DNA of 64,000 nt, taken from the NCBI GenBank assembly GCA_964016885.1, contig OZ024740.1, positions 399,714,001-399,778,000 of the forward strand. The letters run 5' to 3'. The position numbers were made by a program, and so were the translations under genes. The stretch comes from Eledone cirrhosa. Taxonomy: Eukaryota. How positions within the stretch are numbered: the first letter of the stretch is position 1; each line of letters starts with the position of its first letter. A model generated the notes under the pieces. It was not told the origin of the DNA. It saw only the letters and a list, made by a program, of their open reading frames with translations, and ran no database searches. This document shows positions 53,294-64,000 of this stretch, piece by piece.

Positions 53294-54998
53294 TTTATTA
53301 CATCATCTTAAGATTATTCCATACACAGAAACATACATACATAAATTCTACACCATGTATTCAGGGCTCTTTTCTTTCGTTTGTGAACACACACACACTC
53401 ACTCACACACACACGCACACACACACACACACACACAGACACACACACACACACACACATATATAAAATGGCTGCATCTCAGTTTCAAGAATTGCCATCA
53501 CTTGATCTTTTTTCTCATACATGGGTGGTATGACCATAACTTTTTAGCCCTGTCAAGGACTTAGATCCCTCTTTGCATATGCTGCCATCAAAGTAAAAAG
53601 AAAAGGCCATGTTCATGCTACACACACGGAAGTCGTTTAGATCATGTGACGCCTGTGCTTGAAGCTTTTCTAAATGACAAATGAACCTTGTACGCACAGC
53701 TACAATATTTACTATACCATCAACAGTAAACCAAACTATGTCTTTGTGTGTTATCCAGTCTTCAATAGCTACCGTTTTCTAAGTGTTTTTCTATCAACTT
53801 ATTGGAATACATCTATGCCTCACTACTCAAGAAAGTCAATTCTACTCTTCATAATTTTACTGTAAAGCATTCAATATTTGCTGCGTGCTTTGCTTCCCGG
53901 TCAACACACTGATCAAAAACTTCTCCCAATATTTCCATCCCTATGTCACTTCTCCCACCCCCACGTACATACACTTGTCACCTGCAAAAAAACCATCTAT
54001 CAGTCCAATTTATTAAGATGACTATTTCCGATATTATCTCTTTCATCTCTTCCCTCCTATCGTCAATGTATTACTCTGATTTTCAAAATCCAAAGCTGAT
54101 AGACACAACTGTTAACAAACAATCTTTCCTTCACATTGATTTCCATTCTCTCGACCTCGAAATTACAAGATCTATTCAACATTTATTTTTCAGAATCGAT
54201 CTAAAAAAGATCATATAAAAACGTTTATCCCTTCAAGTTATGTAGATAACAAACCAAACAGATATAAAGAGGACGAAATTGATTATGAAGGGACTAATAG
54301 CTACCCCGGTATTGGAAAGCATTTGCAATCGCGTGTAATCACACTAAGGAAGAAAGACGAGAGTAATCCACTTGGTTGTACTAAAACCACGAGCTATCCA
54401 AGTTCGTTACCTAATAGTTACTGAGAATAATATTTCTTATTAAAGCACATTCAATGAATGTTTTGTTATATTCTTAGTTTATTGCTAAACGTCTTTTATG
54501 AATATTCTTTCTTTGTTCCTTCTCAATCTACTAACTGAAAGCTACCGATTTACTGTTCAATTCTCAGTTAAAAATAACATTTTTCACATGCATTATCGCC
54601 TACAGTTTGGTTGGAAAAAAAATATTGCATCTTTCCCGAGGTTTGTTTCTGTTTGCGAATCAAAATTTTGGTAATATCTTTTCTAAAATAGTTATTTCAA
54701 AATGAACTTTGCAATCCTACAATGAAGGCATAATCTACATGTGCGGAATAACTTACTAATTTTGTTATTCAACCAGCATAACTACAGTTTAGTACCAACT
54801 CAACTCTATTTTATTATACCCTTCTTATTAATGCAAATTTTTAAAAGTAAATTTGGCAGAGATACGTTTACAAAAGTGTAAATTATGGTGACTGTTGAAA
54901 AAATGAAAAAAAAAACACGTTTTTCGTAATTCATAGTCGTAGAAATACGTTACGTTCCTGTAGAAATTCTATGACATAATTCTAATTGATATTATTTA

Positions 54999-55590
54999 TG
55001 GCAGTATCGGTAGAGGGTCGGACGCCATGCTTTCCATCATAGTTATACCCCTTTACGATCTGAGTTCAAATCCCGCCGAGGTTGACTTTGTCTTTCATCC
55101 TTACGGGGTCGATAAAATAAAGTACCAGTAATGCACTGGGTAATTGCTGGCCTTGTGCCTAAAGTAGAAACAATTATTTATTATCAACATTAATTGGCAG
55201 TGGATTGGCAGTATCGGTAGAGGGTCGGACGCCATGCTTTCCAGCATAGTTACGTCCCTTTACGATCTGAGTTCAAATCCCGCCGAGGTTGACTTTGCCT
55301 TTCATCCTTACGGGGTCGATAAAATAAAGTACCAGTAATGCACTGGGTAATTGCTGGCCTTGTGCCTAAAGTAGAAACAATTATTTATTATCAACATTAA
55401 TTGGCAGTGGATTGGCAGTATCGGTAGAGGGTCGGACGCCATGCTTTCCAGCATAGTTACGTCCCTTTACGATCTGAGTTCAAATCCCGCCGAGGTTGAC
55501 TTTGCCTTTCATCCTTACGGGGTCGATAAAATAAAGTACCAGTAATGCACTGGGTAATTGCTGGCCTTGTGCCTAAAGTAGAAACAATTA
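54999..55590 (+). mobile_element. SINE trimer
   Basis: Three copies; second and third appear identical with 207 bp period. Confidence 0.9.
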
Positions 55591-57339
55591 TTTATTATCA
55601 ACATGAAATTGGAAGACGTTTAAAGATTTCTGAGTTTACAGGTAGCCTACTATAAACATGAATCAAACGTATTTAGGAATATAAACATTAAAAAATGAAA
55701 CTATTCAATATTGAAAGTGTTATACTTCCTTCTTTATTTCCAAGTAATCGTAATAAACTTTCACTCAGCTGATTAAGACAGGAAACTAATTATGCCATTG
55801 AGCATTGCAGAGTAAAAAACAATACCAATCCAACCCAGCAATTCCTTAATTAGGAATGGAGATAGGGAAATAAATTTTAATAGGCGGCTGTAGTGGACTA
55901 AAGACCGATAATTTACGAGTCTACTACGTTATTTGTTGTAAGAGGCAGGACCGTATAATTCACAAATATTTCATTCATTGGTAAGGTATTTACCATGATG
56001 GAATTGATCAAACAATGTATCTGTTTCACAGTGGAGCCAGTCTGAATAAACCTTCGTTAAGATTTATGCAAATTGATACTTAACTGCGACGATCAGCTCA
56101 GAATAGATTCTCCCAAGTTCGATACATCCTATGTAAAATTATTATTAAATTTATAATAAGAAGTAAGGATGATACATTTATGTAAACTTTCGGTGAATTG
56201 AGGATCAGGTTTCGATTTCCAGTTCACTTACTTTGCTAAAGCCTCTGAAAAGGCAGACATTTCTCTCAAACTAAAATTCCTTGGCGTCTATGTTTATGCT
56301 AGAAATAAATACGGAAAACGGATCAAGTTTTCGTTTAAGTTCTGTCCGTTAGGAGAGCATATACTTTGTTTTAATAATCAACGGCTTTCCAAGACATTGT
56401 CCAGATTATCTCGAAACTGTCAAGATAGTGACAAGAGTATTATTTTCTCGTGTCAATATAATCAAGCTATAATCGATATCGAAGCTGTCTTTTTTTAAAA
56501 CAGAAACTAAGCTGAAGATTAGAAGAAGAAAATGACGAAAATAAGAAAAAAAGTATGATGAATATGTGCATTGTTTTAAATGTAGTTTCTACAGTGAAAT
56601 ATTTCCTTGACTGAACGTGTATTTTCAGACAGTAAATAAATGAAAGAACAAATAAATCAATAATAAAAATATACAAAATAAATAAACAAATATATAAAAC
56701 AGAGAACTGCTTAAGCAGGGCAAATTCAGTTTGGTACGAAACAATCCATCAAAACATGACCTCGGCACAATTTACTCAACATAGAAAGTCAAAGAGGTAA
56801 AAAGTATTAATATTTGTTATTTGTTCTTGTGATATATTCCTGTCGTCTGCCAAATGCTATTGTCACTTTATGTCAATGTATAATTTTTCTAAGCGTGCGT
56901 GTGTATGTATGTATGTATGTATGTATGTATGTATGTATGTATGTATGTATGTATGTATGTATGTATGTATGTATGTATGTGCTTGTGTGCATTATATGGA
57001 TTAATTCGTGTGACTGTTTATATATGGGTGTATTGTGTGAATGTTAGGATAATATCTGTGTGTAGGGACATTATGTTTAATAGTCCGAGAGTCCAGATAA
57101 GACAGATCTTAGTGTGTGAATACGTATACAAGTGAGAGTAAGTGTAAGATTACACGTGTCTTCCTAAAAGTGTGTCAGTATGTGTTTATACATTGGCAAA
57201 AATACATCTTTGTGTTAGAGGTACATATTCGTGGGCGCATTTGTTAACGATTATAGGGTTGTGTGGCGTATTTCAAAGAGTGGCTATGTGTGTTTTGCAA
57301 GTCAATATGAATGTATATAAATATGGTTTCTTATATAAG

Positions 57340-57539
57340 CACCAGGTCATCAATTTTGGGGGAGGCGAAAATTGATTTAATCGACCCCAATGCGTGACTG
57401 GTACTTTATTTCATCGACCCCGTAAGGATGAAAGGCAAAGTTAACCTTGGCGGGATTTGATCTCAGATCATAAAGGGCCATAACTCTATGTTGCAAAGCA
57501 TGGCGTCCGACCCTCTACCGATACTGCCAATCCACCGCC
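57340..57539 (-). mobile_element. SINE (longer subfamily)
   Basis: Family motifs plus AATTTTGGGGGAG..AATCGACCC segment as at 10206-10425. Confidence 0.82.
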
Positions 57540-58189
57540 TCAGAATGTATGTAAATATGTAAATAACTAGGATTGTCTGTGTGTGATAAACGACTGAGTG
57601 AGAGTTAATGTTCGCCTGCTGTTTGTTGAATTGTGTTGTTTGTTTACCTATTTATGTGTGTGTGTGTGTGTGTGCGTGTCTGTATGACTGTGTATGTGTG
57701 TGTGTGCGTGCGTATGGGTGTGTGCGTGTGTGTGCGTGTGTGCGTGCGTGTGTGCGCGTATGTGTGCATGTGTGTGCGTGCGTGTGTGCGCGTATGTGTG
57801 CATGTGTGTGCGTGCGTGTGTGCGCGTATGTGTGCATGTGTGTGTGTGCACGTGTGCGCGCGCGCGTGTGTATGAGAGAGAGAAAGATTAGATGCGAATG
57901 TGTCCAGTAGATACTGTCAACAAGTTTGGAAGGTAGCTGACCTTTTAAAACTTTTTATTACATATATTAATGGTAATGTGGAACATAGTAATACATGGAT
58001 ACTTATAAACATATATGCGTGCATACATAGATATATATATGCATACATAATTATACACTTACATAATTATACACATACATATATACATACATAGATTCAT
58101 ACATATATGTATACATACATACACACACACATACACACATACACATACATACATATATACATACATATATACATACATACCTACCTTTA

Positions 58190-60400
58190 TGCTGAGGAAA
58201 CACAAAGAATTTATAATTGGTTCACAGGACACCAGAAACACTAACCTATCACATTGCTTCTTTTTGGATGACCTGAAACATTATGCTAAAAATATAAATG
58301 GCATGAAGAAATATCTTTACCTTGTTACATCATTCTCGGAAAATATAATGCTGGGGTTTAGCCAGGAAAATGCTCCTATATAATTGTAAAGCTATGAAAA
58401 ATTACAAGCTTTTCTCTATCAATGACCTCACTGTTTCACCGGTACCCGACGAGGACTGCTGCAGATACTAAGGGATAGATGAAAATATATCCTATGATGG
58501 TACTTGTAACAAGAAACGCATAACCAGGAAATATAACATCCGAATAAGAAAAATATGTTCTTTGGAACTCTTTGCGCACAATGTGTTTACTGTACCTGTG
58601 CTAAGACCAACAAATGGACTAATTGATTGGACTCTAGATGAGATCCGAGCTATTGATGTTAAACCCTGAATAGTTCTAACCGACAGCGGAAAATCCCACA
58701 AAAAAAAAAAAACAAAAAAAAACGCAAACAGTGAGGCAGTGGCATAACATCAATCCAAATAGGATTTGAGTGTCGCATCATATCTACGAACCACCAAACG
58801 TAGGAACCCAACCATAAAAGAAAACTGTCTACATGAGGTAGATAACATTATAGAGTTGGGAAGGAGCTCCTTGAGCAATACTCCCTGCATGATAACCAAA
58901 AAGTCAATCCCAGGGAAATTGCACAGCTATATCACAACGAATCTATGGATGAAAAGCTGCATGCTTATCAGCAAAAAATCAGGCATAGCTATGTTGCCAG
59001 AATTCTTCAAAGTGAAAGTAATATAGATAAGCAAAGTAGTCAGTCTGTCTTGGTCCAACAACTTTGAAGGATATGATTTTTCAATCTTAGAACAGGAAAT
59101 CGATACAAAATATCTGCTGTACAACAGATAATGATGCAGGCAAAAGAATTAGATGTGACAATGGATGTAGACTGTGCGAAATAATCATCAAGGATGTATC
59201 CCACATCATAAGCAGCTGTTCAAAGACATCATCACGATATTATCAGGCTACGAGGCATGATATAGTAGCAAAAACACTATACAATACAATTCACAGAATG
59301 GCAAGTCCTGAGAATAAAAATATGTAAAATGATAGTGATATGCAAGGCAAGTGTTACAACATTCTCAAAGTTTATAGGGAAAGAATTAGTTAAATGATCC
59401 CAACAAATTGAAAAACGAGAGAAATCAACAAAGCAGCTTAGCAACGTTTCTATTAATAGCCTGGAAATTTCTTCTACATATGACGAGGATGCTACAGGTT
59501 CCTAAAGACGGATGAAAACATATCCCATGATGGAATTTGTAACAACTTACTCATAACCAGGGAATATAACAGCCAAATAAAAAATACGTTCTGTAGAACT
59601 CTCTGCATGTAATCAATCAATGACCCACAATTTACATGGATTGTAGAGACGATTCCAGACATTATTGTAACATGGATTGGCAGTATCGGTAGAGGGTCGG
59701 ACGCCATACTTTCTAGCATAGTTACGTCCCTTTACAGTCTGAGTTCAAATCCCGTCGAGGTTAACTTTGCCTTTCATCCTTACGGGGTCGATGAAATAAA
59801 GTACCAGTAATGTACTGAGTAATTACTGGCCTTGTGCCAAAAGTAGAAACAATTATTATATATATTTTGTATATATTATTAGAAACAAAGTACCAGTAAT
59901 GTACTGGCTAATTGCTGGCCTTGTGCGAAAAGTAGAAACAATTATTGCAGCAAGAACAAAAACCCCAAAAACCAAAAAAAAAAAAACCCGCCACACTATT
60001 AACCAGCATAAAAAATTCCTGCATCAACAGTGATCTAGACTACGTTTGCCTAAAACGAATACAAGGAAGAAAGGCTTAAAATCGATTCAAACAGCCATTG
60101 GATCTCTCGTCATATCCCTTCGGCAATACTTACAAACCGCCAAGTGTCATAGTTATAAAACCGAAGGAAAATTTAAGCATAACAGACCTAATGCTAAAGA
60201 TGAGTGAAAATATCTATGCTGAATGAGAAATCTGCAGATACGTCACCCAGACTATCTCTTTAAATTTATACCTGTCATCATTGGAGCTCTTAGGTATGTA
60301 ACTAACTCAGCAATTGAGAGGCTACACTTCACAAAACGTGAAAGGACATGTCTAACTATAATATGACGTTAATAAAACTATGAAAATAAGTACATTCCAT
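58190..60400 (+). pseudogene. decayed R4/Dong-like LINE, interrupted by a SINE-containing segment
   Basis: HCFFLDDLKHYA (RT), HIISSC..RHDIVAKTLYN (~59200-59285), KHNRP, RNLQIRHPDY..IPVIIGAL (~60170-60300); same family as 2795-3348. Confidence 0.75.
59672..59945 (+). mobile_element. SINE plus duplicated SINE 3' end
   Basis: Copy 59672-59856; AAAGTACCAG..GTAGAAACAATTATT repeated at ~59887-59946. Confidence 0.8.
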
Positions 60401-60463
60401 AGGTTTAACTTGCAATTAGAATACAGTATGTATGTATCAATTCATATATACGTTTATATGTCC

Positions 60464-60512
<49 letters not shown>

Positions 60513-60524
60513 TACACACATACA

Positions 60525-60557
<33 letters not shown>

Positions 60558-61110
60558 GCACGCATACACACATGTATATACATACATACTAAATATAATT
60601 TAACTGTGATAGGTTTGGGCTGGTATTGGCTTAGGCTATGTCCAACTTAATACTATTTGGAGAAGTTTTTAAAGTCATATCTCATATTTGCGTTATACAT
60701 TAAGACACCATAGGTTACTCGAGTAAGTTGCTGTTAGTCGGAGCTTATCCAGGTGTGTGTGGTTTATCTGATATTATAGGTTCTTTTCTGTCTTGATTTG
60801 TTTCTGTGCGATATCAAAAAGAACAGGGTCAGTTGAAGTGAAATAGTTCCGCTCTAATATTGTCCATGTGATGTGAGCTCCAGTTTTGGAAATGGTAAAT
60901 GACATGGGGATGGGAGAAGCTTTGGGGGATTCTTAAATTGATGCCTGCAACAGTTGGGCAATATTGAGAGAATATTTTTCACATCGTAAAAATCATATAG
61001 TATCACGGCGGTGCTGGAGAACATACATACACAGATATAGACATACTCATGCATATACATACACGCATAGGTATTATACATATACGCACAAACGCGCGCG
61101 CGCAGACGCA

Positions 61111-61158
<48 letters not shown>

Positions 61159-61489
61159 AATACGTGTGTGTATATGGATGATTGTGTGTGTGTGTGTGTG
61201 TGTGTGTGCATGTGAATTAAACACTGTCGTCAGTTTTGATGAATAATGTTCCCAGTACATCGATCAATAGAAGTTTAGTATTCCGCATCAACTTGTGGTC
61301 TCAACGCTATATTTTCATAGATACAGTGTGAGACAATATGATAAAAGCGGGTGCATGCAGGGCCAGAGTCAGAGCCAGGTTATTTAGTACTATAGAGTAG
61401 AACTGCAATGTGCGCCCTCTTCTCTTAATTATGCGTCCCAATCTCCAAAATAATATCATTTCAACTCAGTTTGGCAATGTGGCAAACTT

Positions 61490-63068
61490 ACTTTTTGACA
61501 CTTGTTATTCTGAATACACCGAATTTTCTGCTACATTGTCTCCATTCACCAACGTCATAACACTACACGGCCCTCACCACCCTTTGGATATTACCACAAG
61601 ATTGCACGCGGCAAAAATTCTCGGATTTCCAGACGAGATTATACCGTGACGATGGTCTGGTCCTTACGAGCCATAAAAACGGCCACGACCCCGACACCTT
61701 TAGGAAAGAGTTAATACTACTTTGAGGGAACGAGGACTAAAAATAATCGTATCCACTAACCTCACTAGATTTAATTTCTTAGACTTCAACCTAGACCTAC
61801 GTACACACACCCATCAACACTTCCATAAGCCTAAATGCATACCCAAGAACTCCTGCCATCCCTGCAATATTCAAAAATTTAGTGAAGAATATTAGCAAGC
61901 GGATCTCTAACAACTCTTCCAACCAAGTTATCTTCGATGGGGCAGCCCCCTACAATAAAACAGCCTGACACAATAGCGGCTTCTCCGAGAATATTTCCTA
62001 CACTCCAGGCCACTCCCCAAATACAAATTGGAAAAACCTTGCAGTAAAGCAAACATCTGGTTATCTCCCCCATTCTTGTTAAATGTAAAAACCGGTATCG
62101 GAAAGAAGTTTTTAGCCCTCGTAGATAAACAGCCCTAGGACACAAATAACATTAGATCTTTAACCCTAATGCGGTCAAAATTGGATACTCTGTGCCAGGA
62201 ATATGAAATCACGCCCCCTGTATAAACAACAGAGCCTCAAAGTATATGGATGTTCTTGTAAAATATCCTGAGTCATGACCGCTGGATCAACAATGCAGCC
62301 CCCCAGCGATAATATACGAAGCTGGTGTCTCCCCATTGAATCAGCGCCACAAAAAGGAATCCGTCAGAGAGCCGGTTTAAAAATCGCTTCCTTAATCACG
62401 AAATAACCTTCAGATACCCAAATAAAAGAAACACCACAAATTTGGCGAATAAAATATGACAGCTCAGAGACAAGAACATGGACTTCTTCAACAAATGGAA
62501 AATACTAGAAAAATTTCGACCGTATATAAATGGGCTCACGGCGTGCATATTATGCAATGACAAGAAATGGTGGATATTGAACAATCTCCACAACAACAAA
62601 CCATTTAATAAGCGTACTGAGTTCTTGCAACGTTCTCACGTTTTTAAGTACCTTTCAAAGAACTGACCTCCTTAATATATCTTATATCTTTCTTATTCTA
62701 TGATTTTCTTCTAGTTACTTCGTAATTATAAGCTAATGTAGCGTTTGTTCGCGATTTTTTGGTCAAACTGTCTACCTTATTATCAGCCCTTGATTTGGGG
62801 CTCTTTTCCCTGTCCATATTTTGAGTAAACATCTTCCGGTTCATTTTCATCGGCACAGTTTGAACATGCTGGTTGCCAGAGGTAACGAAACATACGTACC
62901 TGGTATGGCACCATTGTAGTACTTGGCCTTAATGATTATATTCAAACTTGCGCTACAGACTTGAGATCCTCTATAACTTGGATACTTTTATTTACATATC
63001 GTCGGACATCTGCCAGTATCTATATATAGATACTGGCATTGATAAATATGCTGGGTCCGTCAACTCCT

Positions 63069-63072
<4 letters not shown>
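61490..63072 (+). pseudogene. decayed Hydra-like PLE related to 22601-25451
   Basis: YRDDGL (~61640), FLDFNLDL, SCHP, KWKILEK..CILC; ends in (TA)n; 5' boundary uncertain. Confidence 0.75.
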
Positions 63073-63128
<56 letters not shown>

Positions 63129-63587
63129 CGTCAGGCAGAGGGGTCGACACGCATGGATATGTACGACAACTTGACCAGAGGTGGCAATAATAGCCGCTAA
63201 ATTGTAGGAAGCCCCCAGCTGTGATCTGACTAAAAACAAACCAACAAGTAAATATGGTGACACACCCTTATGCCAGAATTTGTGGTAGAATATAAGAAGG
63301 AATAGGGATAATATTCAACCACTGTCAGACACGAGTCTACATGTTAAAACATATCTGAGGAGCTTCCGATTCCAGAGTTAGGCTCGATCATTAATATATC
63401 GTTCCTCGAGCTGATCGACACTGAAACATATGTGATATGTAATTAAATATGTATATGATGTAACTCTGATTCTTTCTTTCCTTATATATATTAATACTAT
63501 ATATATATAAATTTTTTTGTATGCGTATATATATTTGTATGTGTATTTGTATATATATATTTGTATATATATATATTTGTATGTATG

Positions 63588-63642
<55 letters not shown>

Positions 63643-64000
63643 GTACAAATATACACATACAAATGCATTCATATATATATGATGCAAGTTATAAAAATAT
63701 ATATGATAAAATTGACAATAGAAAATAATAAAAGAATGAGAAAAATAAAGATAAAGAATGAAACAAATTTATAAATAAAGAAGGAAGTCAAAAAGCTGTG
63801 ACTCTAAGAAGACATCGCTGAAATAATCCCAGTAATCTTTATTCTTAATCTTAGCTTGATATATTCAATCGGATGAAAAGTGGGCAAGGTAAGGTACTGG
63901 TGGTGCGGAGTTCGAATGGTCGTGTTGGTAACAAAACAGTAGTGGTGTTAGTGGTGGAGATGATTATGGTAAGAGCAATATGCGTGCTAGGGGTGGTGTG

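Noticed and set aside
62860-62905. Hammerhead in decayed PLE 3' UTR (GTTGCC-AGA-GGTAAC-GAAAC-ATAC-GTA)
   Set aside because: No recognisable CTGANGA core

Overview
AT-rich animal genomic DNA with no confidently identifiable host exon. The SINE family and extreme microsatellite density look octopus/cephalopod-like (inference). Most ORFs in the supplied track are microsatellite translation noise. Bases 1-15 kb and 53-61 kb carry tRNA-derived SINEs (several stacked at one target site), RTE and R4/Dong-like LINE remnants, a Helitron fragment and a hAT MITE. Bases 15-52.5 kb and 61.5-63 kb are a dense nest of Penelope-like elements (PLEs: RT with YRDD, a CxCx5Cx5C linker and a C-terminal GIY-YIG, most like the Hydra clade) and small non-coding relatives, inserted into (TA)n tracts, plus a CR1-like remnant at ~45 kb. 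Highlights: (1) a near-perfect 12-kb PLE palindrome (31530-43483). (2) A repeated architecture of a tail-less inverted arm plus a tailed arm, with an identical breakpoint in two diverged copies. (3) About a dozen type I hammerhead ribozyme (HHR) motifs, several with 80-115 nt stem II extensions and one with stem I covariation. (4) A shared AT(T/C)GAGT(A/G/T)C motif about 49-64 nt from the 3' end of otherwise unrelated elements. (5) A probable two-family composite insertion (22601-27360). (6) Retrozyme-like 310 and 427 bp HHR units. Everything was read by eye, so fold and family assignments need computational confirmation.
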